Assembly: GCF_006345805.1 (NCBI RefSeq)
Contig: NC_043003.1
Span: forward strand, 20,460,001 to 20,524,000
Direction of reading: 5' to 3'
DNA from: Octopus sinensis
Lineage: Eukaryota
Length of the DNA: 64,000 nt
Shown: one piece after another, positions 52,880-64,000 of the stretch
How the letters are laid out: every line of letters starts with the position of its first letter
Position numbering within the stretch: position 1 is the first letter of the stretch
Made by a program: the position numbers and the translations under genes
The notes under the pieces: generated by a model
What the model was told of the DNA's origin: nothing
The model's database searches: none
Seen by the model: only the letters and a program-made list of their open reading frames with translations

Positions 52880-54768
52880 ATTGAGCCCACATCTAATGAA
52901 GTAGCTATCTTTATGGTAGGCGATCCCCATGAAAATCGTGATATTCTCATTCGTGTTCGAAATAACAACCTTAAACGTGTTTCAGAAACTCATCCCTCTG
53001 ATGATGCTTTTCAGTATCCTCTTATTTTGTGGAATGGTCAAGATGGCTATCATTTCAGTATTCTATAGATTGAACCTGTAACAGGAAAGCCAATTACAAA
53101 CAAAAATTTGTTTTCAAATTACTTCTATTCTTATCAACTGATGTTAAAACCAGAACAATCAAATCAATCACACATGTATCGTGATCTATTTCAGAAAATC
53201 CTGGTTGATATGTATGCTTAAGTTGAGAGTGAGCGTCTCCTCTACATTCGTAACAATCAGAAAAAGTTAAGGGCTAAAAATTACGTTCATCTGTAAGATG
53301 CTTTGAGGATAGGTGGTGATATTCAGAACACGGGGCAACTTATAATCCTCCGATCATCATTCACAGGTGGTCCTCGATATATGAACGAACGAACGCAAGA
53401 TGCTATGACATATGTCAAGACAAGGAAAACCAGATCTTTTTGTCACTTTCACCTGCAATCCTAAATGGGAGGAAATGAGATTTAACCTTCTTCTAGTGTT
53501 GGATCTTCTGGTATTGCAGCTATGTTCAAGATCTCTCTCTAAATCTTGCAATGAAAGAATCTCAAATGTGCAGCATATCCCAAAACTCTGCAATGGAAAC
53601 AGTTCTCAAAAAAACTTGCCCCATTGTTTGCGATGAGCGTACTGTCACATCGTTGAGTTCTAGAGGTACTTGACCGCACCCTCCAAGACATAGAAAACAA
53701 TAACACGCTCATGGGAGGATTATCAGTTCTTGCAGATTTTCGTCGAACGTTGCCAATTATCCGCAACAGATCAAAAGCTGATGAGGTCAAGGTATGCTTT
53801 ACAAAATGTACCTTTGGAAACGTGAAAAAACTTCTTACAAGCAGCATCAGATTACTTCTACAAGTTAATCATAGAAGCTTCTTAAAATTGATAAGGGGAT
53901 ATTAACATTCAACTCAAAACTTCAGCTACACGAAATTATAATCGGTCCAATGATACTTTCTCTTAGGGATCTTATGGATTAAGTATTTATTTCCTAATTG
54001 ATCTGTCAACTACACTGATGTTAACTAGCTCAAACTAATGAAGTGGTTGATAAATTCAATTATTAACTTCTTCAAAAGTTAACAAATACATCAGAAATCG
54101 TTTTTAGATCAATTGACAGCAGTTGATCAAGATCAGGTTGTTCAATCCTCTGTTGAATTTCTGAACCCACTGGGATGCACCGAATAACTTGACATTAAAA
54201 CTGGGTGTTCCCATTATGTTGCTTAGGAATATTGACCCATCACACTTGTGTAATGGAACTCGCTTAAGTGTTACTTCCATGAAACCCAATGGCCTACAGG
54301 CAGTAATCAAACAAAGGCGAGAATGTCTTCATTCCAAAAGTTCCTCTCACACCTACAGATGCTCCATTTGAATTTAAGACACTTCAATTTCCAGTCAAGC
54401 TAAGTTTTGGTATTTCAATTAACAAATCTCGCTGTCAATTCCTCAAAGTATTTGCACTTCATCTCTCTCTCTCTACTGCATGCTTCTTCCATAGCCAACT
54501 CTATGTTGCTTGCTCGCGAGTTGGAAGCAGCAACAATTTATTCATTTCGACAACTACAAAAAAACACACACAATGACTATTGTTTAATCTCAAGTGCTTC
54601 AAGATTGAAAGATGTTCAATTCTAAATTCTATTATCATAACAATTTGGATATTTTCAAATAAAATATAGATATTTTGAAATAATTATGAGAATATATCTT
54701 TATATTTATTATTTACTAATCTGAATAAAACCACCAGTAACCCGGGCAACGCCGGGTCATTCAGCATG
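52880..54768 (+). mobile_element. Internally deleted, degenerate Helitron (Rep-Pif1 helicase remnants and 3' hairpin)
   Basis: EPTSNEVAIFMVGDPHENRDILIR...SETHPSDDAFQYP; SSFTGGPRYMNERTQDAMTYV/GKPDLFVTFTCNPKWEE (Rep); SGIAA, LDRTLQDI.NNNTLMGG, LTLKLGVPIMLLRNIDPSHLCNGTRL, FKTLQFPVKLSF, HSQLYVACSRVG (Pif1). 3' hairpin CCCGGGCAACGCCGGG at 54741-54756 followed by a CTAG-like end mutated to CATG. Confidence 0.9.
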
Positions 54769-54782
54769 TATATATATATATA

Positions 54783-55510
54783 TAGGGTGCAATGGGTAAA
54801 TTATCGCCATTTTATATTTTTTATTTTGTGCATGCGCATTGCTTGTTTCTGATTTTGCCGACTACACAGAATAGTAGGGTCAGTTAGGTACTGTCTGTGA
54901 GAAAAGCAGCAACATGACGCAATTCACTCTGCCAGAAATTTGTAAACAACATGCTGTACTGCTCGGCATTCGCGCCGGAATCTCCAATACGAACATTTCA
55001 GAGCGTCTGTGTGTCAATCTGAGGACATGTACCAAGAGTGATAAAAATCAATCATCCAGTCAACATGGTGTTTGGAGTGATCACTAGTGATGGCGACGTT
55101 ATGCCTCCATTCATCTTCCCACACGGCCTCAAACTCAATACGGAAACCTACATCAAGTGCCTGGAGGATGTAGTGCTGCTGGAAGTGTCAATGTCTGGCA
55201 ACAAACCTCTGCGCCATGCCACAAATGCAGGAGAACTTAGTCTTGGATGTCAGACAATTTCTGCGACCACATCATTCCTAACATCTGGCCTCCTAACTGC
55301 CTAGACTGCAAGTCTCTTGATTATTATGTGTGGGTACCAACAAAACTCCTTGTAACACCAAAGATGAACTGAAGGCAACGATTATGGCAATACTCACCAA
55401 CTTAAGCAAGGAAACCGTCCAGGAGATACCAAATATATCTGTTAAAATGAAATGTCAGTGTCGTTTTCCTTTTTGCATAATTTACACAACAGTTTATTCA
55501 CCGCAACCTA
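54783..55510 (+). mobile_element. Non-autonomous maT-type element with internal deletion and degenerate TIRs
   Basis: Left end tagggtgcaatgggtaaattatcgccattt; degenerate right end acagtttattcaccgcaacct; coding remnant HPVNMVFGVITSDGDVMPPFIFPHGLKLNTETYIKCLEDVV...IWPPNCLDCKSLDYYVW...NTKDELKATI. Confidence 0.85.
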
Positions 55511-55514
55511 CACA

Positions 55515-55648
<134 letters not shown>

Positions 55649-55649
55649 G

Positions 55650-55853
55650 TTAATCCAAACATGAAAACACAAAGAGAGAACACAACACCGCGAGGACGTG
55701 GAACAAGTAAAGTATTATTGGACACTCAGGAAGGAAGGAAAGAAGGAGGGTTTAACGGTTCGAGCGGAGCTCTTCGCCAGAAACATAGGAAAAGGAAAGA
55801 TCCAAAGAAAGGAAGACGGAGGAAAAAAAATCACCAACGATACGCACGCGTCG

Positions 55854-55860
<7 letters not shown>
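55650..55860 (-). mobile_element. Probable Penelope terminal-repeat remnant with near-intact minimal hammerhead motif (55750-55784)
   Basis: Minus strand GTTT-CTGGCGA-A-GAGC-TCC-GCTC-GAACC-GTT-AAAC: stems I and II pair fully, two core substitutions. Confidence 0.55.
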
Positions 55861-55892
<32 letters not shown>

Positions 55893-55910
55893 CATACATA
55901 CATACATACA

Positions 55911-55944
<34 letters not shown>

Positions 55945-56420
55945 CATATAGACGCACATATACAAACATATACATATATGCAGCACAGGTCCTTTGTTAT
56001 TATTCTTGTTCATCATAGACAACGTATATGTGTGGGTAGGTATACGTTATGATATATATATATATATATGCACTCTCACAATACAAACAAAATAGCCAGG
56101 AGTGAGGTAGTGAGTGAAGGGAGGAACACATATTGATGGCTGGTTAAATGCTTCGATCTATAATGCTGTAGACTGTTAAGCAGCGATTTATAAACTGTTC
56201 ATCTTCAAAGGAATTTCAAAGTCTTTGAAAAAGAATATTAATAACCGAAAAACAGCCTAAATACATACCTAATCAGTAAGTACATTGTAGATGGTGTTTC
56301 CCACACATATATAGTTTCCTCAAATCATCCGTTATACGTGTCTGTGTGTACATGTGATGTGAGCGCGTATATATATACATATATGTATATATACATATAC
56401 ATATATATAAATGTATGTAT

Positions 56421-56458
<38 letters not shown>

Positions 56459-57150
56459 ATGTATATATATATATATGTATTAACGTATACATATATATGT
56501 ATATATATATATATATATATATTGTGCTTATATATACGTATATGTGTTTATACATACATATATATACAAACTTGCGTGTGTTTTAGTGTAAGATATTTAT
56601 ATTGCACAGGATAATGTTTCTCCATATAGACATCCTGACCTGCAGCCTTACATACACAAACACATACACACGTACACACACACACAGGTATGTATACATA
56701 TATACACATACATACATGCATACATACATAGATACATACATAGATACATACATATATATACACCCGCACATTTAAGCGGGTGTACTTTATACGTAGATAC
56801 TGGTGCATATATGGAGCACAAATATATAAATGCATTAGAATAAGAAAATTCTTGTCTACATTCGAATGTATGTTTTCTGCATTTATGCATCGGAGTTGTG
56901 TATGATTTAATCTATATATTTTTGCGCATGTCTGTGAATGTGTGTGTTTGTGTGCATGTGTGTGTTTGTGTGCATGTGTTTGTGTATATACATACTCATG
57001 TATCCGCCCATTGGCTAGAACTACTAAAAGATATGTACACTAGAGTGTTACATATACACATACAATCACACCTACACACATATAGACATGCATAGCTGTA
57101 TATATGTATATGTATGAGTGGAGGTGACCGATTATACATATGTATGTATA

Positions 57151-57545
57151 CGAGGTTCGGCTGAAAAGTTCATAGGCCGACCAAGATATTCTTCTGGAAT
57201 ATGACCACATGAGCTTTATTTTTCAACGTAGAACCCTTGCAGCCCCCACACGTCTTCCATCGATGATTCAGTGCTTAGATCCCATTGGCAAATAAGCTTT
57301 CATCCTGTTAGCCAAAATCTCATGATATGACGTCGTCATCACTGCGATACTGGTCTCCAGTAAAGTGGGGTTTTTTTTTTTCATGTTGAGGAACAGATGA
57401 TAGTCAGATAGGGCAAAATCAAGAGAATATGGTCGGCGATCAACCAGTTCAAAGCCAAATTCACACCTAGAAAACGAAGGGCTTGTCTGCTAGATCATTG
57501 TCCGGATGAAACAAAACCCCTTTCGTCAGTTCTTCTGGGCGTTTT
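57151..57545 (-). mobile_element. mariner 3' fragment with TIR
   Basis: Minus strand remnants of GVLFHPDN, FELVDRRPYSLDFALSDYHLF (YSPDLAPSDY motif), SDDDVI, HRWK; TA-flanked terminus cgaggttcggctgaaaagttcatagg. Confidence 0.85.
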
Positions 57546-57736
57546 TTCTTGATACGCTTTCGTGTCTGCCTCCGCTGATTGGGATGTCTTTTGGGATTCC
57601 TTTTGTCTTTTGCATCCCCCGGCAAATGAAAGGACCTTGGCCTACTTTGGAGCAGGTGAGGAGGGATTTTCCCACTGCATGTATTGTCTCTTTAATAATA
57701 ATAATAATAATAATAAGAAGAAGAAGAAGAAGAAGA

Positions 57737-58227
57737 AGAAAAGGTCACAGAAAACGAGAAAGCAACCATATTATGTGATATGCCAATACACACAGATAGA
57801 GAAATTAAGGCCAATAGGTCAGATATAGTTGTCAGAGATCATGAAGAAAAAATGCTTTCTAACTGATGTATCAATACCAGCAGATGACAACGTATCTCTA
57901 AAAGAAATAGAGAAACTTTCAAAATACAAAGACCTGAAAATGGAGGTAACTCAAATGTGGAATCTAAAAACAGAAACAATTCCTATCATAGTGGGCGCAT
58001 TAGGTATGATAAAGAAATATTCAGACAAATACATAACAAAAACATCAGGACTTACAAATATATATAACATACAGAAAATTGCACTACTGGTCACTACACA
58101 CATCCTACGCAAAAAAAATTCAATACAGTAACCATAAGAGCATCACAGCAAACTACAACACATACCCAACGCACACGGAGCTGCGCTCGGTAGTGAAGTG
58201 AAACACGTTATAAAAATAAAACTACTG
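57737..58227 (+). mobile_element. 5'-truncated copy of the same R4/Dong family (RLE domain plus 3' UTR)
   Basis: Colinear with 61734-62227 at roughly 90% identity by eye; encodes DVSIPADDNVSLKEIEKLSKYKDL...TIPIIVGALGMIKK; ends ACTACTG plus (AAT)n. Confidence 0.9.
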
Positions 58228-58249
58228 AATAATAATAATAATAATAATG

Positions 58250-58286
<37 letters not shown>

Positions 58287-58288
<2 letters not shown>

Positions 58289-61200
58289 CCGGGGGACTTT
58301 TAAGATGTAAGAAGGAAAATTCAGAGCTCCGAAACCTATCCACAAACATCGAAAACAAGGACATCCTATGGAGCCAAAGTTTTACTAACAAAGAATTGGA
58401 CTGTATCCGAGTAAGTAATACAAATTGAAATTTATTACTATTTTCGAAACGAAATGATTATTTTGACTCGATATCATCTCCACCTCTAACGCAACACATG
58501 TAAACATGCGTGAAACATCACGATCATCTCCGACCCCAAACACCATGTACAAAGGAACTACGAAGAAATTAAATGCCACCGATACTATTCAACCCAAGAA
58601 TAACAATCGAGCGGTACGTACATTAAACCTACAACAAAAAATGTACGAAAAACTACACGTGCGAAATAATGTGACAACAAATAAACGGACCAGTACCCTA
58701 CGAAAATGACGACCGTCAAAATAATGGGCCGGACGTTGTACCTCATGTCCCGCAAATAAAACCCAAAAGACGTAAATGGACACGTGAGGAATACATTTCT
58801 ATCTTACACGCATACTTCACAGCAGTACTCTACCCAAAAAATGAAAATACAACAACACATACATATAAAATATGGAAGGAAAATAATAGAGATTTAGACT
58901 TGGATACAGCAATGAACCCTAATAATTAGCTAACGTACGAAGATACATTCTCAACACAAAAAAAATATCAGAAATAGAAATAGAACACCTAAAAGAAAAC
59001 ATACACCAGGAAAATGTAGATAGAAGCCACACAACAATGCCCAATAATATAAACACTGAAACTGTAAAACACGAAGACAAACGCAACATTCCCAACAAAC
59101 ACGATGTAAACAACGAAGGGGAGCCTAATGATTATGATAATATAAAAAATAAAATAATCAAAGAACTAAAAACCACAGAGCTCAAAATGGACCACCGACC
59201 ATACCTCCAAGAATAAAAATAAACGCAATAACAACACCAATTATAAACACAACATAAACCTAGCCGTCACTGAACTAGCCACTGAAACAAAAAAAAGTGA
59301 TATCACTGAACTAAATGAATTGATATACGCAGCAGCCACTGCAGCCACAAAAGAAGCTGGATACTCACCCAAACCCGCCCAAACAGGAGTACCACACCCC
59401 CAAACAAACCCTGTGGATAAATAACATCCAAAACAAAATTTAAAATTAGAAAAGACCTGTCGATTCTTAATGAAATCAGCAAACAAGCACGCTACTGAGC
59501 ACAAAAAGAGAACAAAAATGCTCCGCAAATATAACACCACAGAAAAAGATTTGCCGGAGATAAAAGAAAAGCTGAAGCAAGATATCCTTGCCAAAGCTCA
59601 AAGGATCCGCCGGTACGAGAAACGCCAACGCTTCTTTGAACAGAACAAAAAGTTCAACTCCGCCCCCAAAAGTTCTACCAAGAACTGGGCAAAAATAAAA
59701 TAGAAGTCACTGCAGCACCAACGGCAGAAGAATTGGAAGAATTCTGGGGAGAAATATGTCGGCGAACGAACCACCAAAAAAAAGGAGTATCAAAATAACA
59801 AACTCGGCATCTGAACAAACTTGGACCCCCATAACAACTGAAGAGGTCACCCAGGCACTGCAAAGACTAAGCAACTGGAAGCACCTGGGCATGACAAGAT
59901 CCCCAACTTCTGGTTGAAATATCTAACAGGAATGCACAAAAAGCTGGCTGAAAACTTTAACAACGTACTAGCAGAGCCAGAGAAATGCCTGAATGGCTCA
60001 CGAAGGGGAAAACCATCTTAATTCCCAAATCAAATGAAACAGAAAAACCAGAAAACTACAGACCAATAACCTGCCTCCCTACTATGTTCAAGCATTACTG
60101 CAGTGATATCACAAAGGCTGAACAAGCACCTGGACGAATACAAACTGTTCCCAGAAGAGCAGAAAGGATGCCGCAAAGGCTCATATGGCTGTAAAGATCA
60201 ACTAATGATTAATAAAGCCATAACTGAAGACAGCCACAGAAAGAAGAAAGGCCTCAGTATGGCCTGGATTGACTACAAAAAGGCGTTTGATAGCATCCCC
60301 CACACATGGATCCTCGAAACACTAGCCATTAACAAAGTAACACCAACAATCATAAAATTCATAGAGCACTCTATGAATAAAAGGCAAACAGTCCTACACC
60401 TCCAAACAAAAGAGGGACTCATGAAAACCAAGACATCCCCATTAGAAGAGGAATATTCCAGGGAGATACGCTCTCTCCACTCCTTTTCTGCTTGGCACTG
60501 TCACCTCTATCTGATATGCTAAATAGAACTGGATGCGGATATAAATGTTACGGCAAAACGATCAGCCACCTTTTATATATGGATGACCTAAAACTATACG
60601 CTGCAAATGACAAACAGCTGGAAACCTATTAAAGACAGTTCATGGATTTACCAAAGAAATAGATATGAAATTTGGATTAGAAAAATGCGCCAAAGTAACC
60701 ATGAAAAGAGGAAAACTAGTTAAGAGTAACAACATCACACTAGATGAAGCAAATGAATAAAAGAATTAGACCAAAGCCAAACTTACAAATACTTAGGAAT
60801 CCATGAATTAGATAAGACACAACACACACAAATGAAAGAGAAAATAAAAAAAGAATATTATAGACGAGTTAGATCAATACTAAACACAGAGCTCAATGCT
60901 AAAAACAAGATAATAGGTATCAACACTTTAGCTGTCCCAGTTATAAGTTACAGCTACAATATCCTTAACTGGACACGAAATGAACTGACCAAAATAGACA
61001 GGAAAACAAGAAAAATAATGACAGGATCTAGGATGCATCACCCAAAATCTGACATAGAAAGACTATATATACAACGTAAAGAAGGTGGTAGAGGCCTTAT
61101 AACAGCTGGAAAACTACTATAAAATAACCACCATAGGACTGCAAAAATATCTACTTCAGAAGGAAGGAAAACTGATCCAGATAGCGGCAAAACACGAGCA

Positions 61201-62224
61201 AAACAAAAAACTGTTCTCAGTATTTAAGGAAGCTGACAAATACAAACAAGAAATCATACCACCTAATAAACATGAAGAAGAAGAAGAAGGAGATGAAGAA
61301 ACAACAAAAGCTATAAAAAAAATGAAATCCAACTAAAAATAGAACAGCAACGAACCATGATAAAACGATGGCAAGAAAAGCCCCTTCATGTAAATACTGG
61401 ACTAAACTAAACGCAAAAGAATAGACAAAGAAAAATCCCAGCCATGGTTGAGAAGCTCAGGACTCAAAGCAGAAACAGAGGATTTTTAATTGCAGCACAA
61501 GACCAAGCCTCCCCACCAGAAATTACCAAAAACATGTAATGAAAAGAAATATTACAATAACTGCAGATATGTGGAGATGGACAAGAAACAATAAATCATA
61601 TTATCTCTAGCTGCCCAGTCCTGGCTAAGAAGGAATATATTCACAGACATGACAGAGTTGGAACTTACATACATTGGAGCTATGCCAACATTATGGAATA
61701 ACAACAGAAAAAAGATAGTATAGGCACACACCAGAAAAGGTCACAGAAAACGAGAAAGCAACCATACTCTGGGATATGCCGATACACACAGATAGAGAAA
61801 TTAAGGCCAACAGACCAGATATAGTTGTCAGAGACCATGAAGAAAAAAATGCTTTCTAATTGATGTATCAGTACCGGCAGATGACAACGTGTCTCTAAAA
61901 GAAATGGAGACCTCTCAAAATACAAAGACCTGGAAATAGAGGTAACTAGAATGTGGAATCTGAAAACAGAAACAATTCCTATCATAGTAGGTGCATTAGG
62001 CATGATAAAAAAATATTCAGACAAATACATAACAAAAACACCAGGACTTACAAACCATATAACATACAGAAAATTGCACTACTAGGCACTGCACACATCC
62101 TAGGCAGAACACTTTCCATACAATAACCATCAGAGCATCACAACAAATCACAGCACATACCCAGGCACACAGAGCTGCCTCGGTAGTGAAGTGAAAGCAC
62201 GCTATAAAAATAAAAATAAACCTA

Positions 62225-62227
<3 letters not shown>
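58287..62227 (+). mobile_element. Near full-length R4/Dong-clade non-LTR retrotransposon (single ORF, RT plus restriction-like endonuclease), frameshifted as assembled
   Basis: N-terminal KRRKWTREEYISILHAY; RT motifs PEWLTKGKTILIPK, NYRPITCLPTMFK, EEQKGCRK, MAWIDYKKAFDSIPH, RGIFQGDTLSP, HLLYMDDLKLY; CCHC region ETINHIISSCPVLA...HRHDRV; RLE ANRPDIVVRD...KYKDL. 3' UTR ends CTACTG followed by (AAT)n. 5' boundary uncertain. Confidence 0.92.
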
Positions 62228-62298
<71 letters not shown>

Positions 62299-62349
62299 CA
62301 TCGGCAAGAAATGGAAGCAAATTTGAAAGAAGAAGAAAAACCCATAATA

Positions 62350-62560
62350 ATAATGGTTTCAAATTTTGGCACAAGACCAGCAATTATGGGGGAGGGTGCT
62401 TGTCGATTAAATGAACCTCCAGTGTACAACTGGTACTTAATTTATTGACCCCAAGATGAAAGTCGACGTCGGCGGAATTTGAACAGACGAAATGCAGACA
62501 GACGAAATGCCGCTGCGCATTTTGCACGGCGTGCTTACGATTCGGTCATCTCACCGTTTT
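62350..62560 (-). mobile_element. SINE-D monomer, degenerate
   Basis: ctggtacttaatttattgacccc...gtcgacgtcggcggaatttgaac. Confidence 0.7.
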
Positions 62561-62579
62561 AGAATAATAATACGGGTTT

Positions 62580-62722
62580 TACCAATGATGATGATGCAGA
62601 CAACGATGATGATGATGCTGATGATGATGATGAAGACAACGATGATGATCATGAAAATAATAATAATATTAATAATAATAATAATAATAATGATGATAAT
62701 AATAATAATAATAATGATGATA

Positions 62723-62779
<57 letters not shown>

Positions 62780-62871
62780 GAATGATAATAATAATAATAA
62801 CAATAATAATAATAATTTTTTCTATTATGGACACGAGGCCTAGAATTTGGGAGAGTGGATAGTCAACATAA

Positions 62872-62920
<49 letters not shown>

Positions 62921-62950
62921 GTGGTGATGATGATGATAATGATGGTAATG
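62580..62950. repeat. (GAT)n/(AAT)n microsatellite complex
   Basis: Direct inspection. Confidence 0.9.
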
Positions 62951-63169
62951 ATGAAGATATACTTAAATAAATAAAATTATGCTGTCTGCATTAGTTTATG
63001 CAGATATCTAGAAGAACATTGAATGAATTAGATTCCCTGATCTTGTTACGTTTGAAGAGATACCTATCTCATCATATAATTGCATAATGTGCACAAGTGA
63101 ATAAGCCATTGATAAACTTCATATTCTACACAATTATATGTACACACACATATATATATATTCTATATT

Positions 63170-63213
<44 letters not shown>

Positions 63214-63695
63214 TATATATATATCTATATATATATATATATATATATATTAAGAGGAAAGGGCGAAAGGGGAGAGAAAGAGAAAGACAGACAGAAGAAA
63301 CAGGTGTAATGTGTACGAGTCTCAGTGTCTAGACCGTGTCTATCTCTCCTCTCTTTCTCTCACTCTCTCTCTCTCTCTCCCATTTATAATCATTCTCTCT
63401 CAATCTGTGTGTGCGTTTGTGTGTCTCTGTCTCTGTGTACGTAACGTATAATTATTCAAAGCCATTTTCTTTTTCTTTTGAAAACATGGTTGAATAAACA
63501 AAGATGTGGTCTGACGAAAAGTTGCTTTTTGTTTTCCTTACAACAAAAAATTACTAGTAATCACGATAGATGATCTCGAAACCGTAAATTCATTTTACTC
63601 TACCTCTTTCTCTTTTCCCCACACCATTTATGCATATAAATGTTTGTAAATGTTTGTATATATATATACATATATACATACATACATACATACAT

Positions 63696-63727
<32 letters not shown>

Positions 63728-63817
63728 GTATGTACGTATACACGTGCACACACACATATATATATATATATATATAAATATATACACTTAATATATATAC
63801 ATACATAAATATAAACG

Positions 63818-63859
<42 letters not shown>

Positions 63860-63930
63860 GTATATATGTGTGTAAATATATATAGGTATAAATACATATA
63901 TATGTGTATGTATGTATTTATGTATGTATG

Positions 63931-63964
<34 letters not shown>

Positions 63965-64000
63965 TGTATGTATGTATGTATACTATACACACTCTTACAC

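Overview
AT-rich eukaryotic genomic DNA, saturated with microsatellites and transposon debris. The SINE families and repeat landscape suggest an octopus or other coleoid cephalopod (inference, no search run). There is a 100-N scaffold gap at 14657-14756. Only one host coding segment is supportable: a 599-nt internal exon (42406-43004, +) encoding part of a periplasmic-binding-protein-type amino-terminal domain most like NMDA-type ionotropic glutamate receptors, so much of the window is probably intronic. The rest is: several tRNA-derived SINE families (called SINE-A to E here; some probably correspond to the published octopus OK/OR1/OR2 families, not verified); a near full-length R4/Dong-clade RLE retrotransposon plus a truncated copy, both in an (AAT)n tract; a deleted Helitron; maT, mariner and Tc1 fragments; Penelope and RTE fragments; foldback palindromes; and local duplications. 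Nearly all ORFs in the supplied track are microsatellite artefacts. Best leads: (1) a tRNA-headed element whose tail carries a Penelope-type minimal hammerhead motif, with three more such motifs elsewhere; (2) a 355-bp locally templated inverted insertion with a perfect 29-bp flanking duplication; (3) tandem (AAT)n-targeted R4/Dong insertions whose frameshifts look like long-read errors; (4) modular and multimeric SINE architecture. No prokaryote-type system (CRISPR, operon) is present. All alignments and translations were done by eye; repeat boundaries are approximate (about 10 bp, more for degenerate copies).
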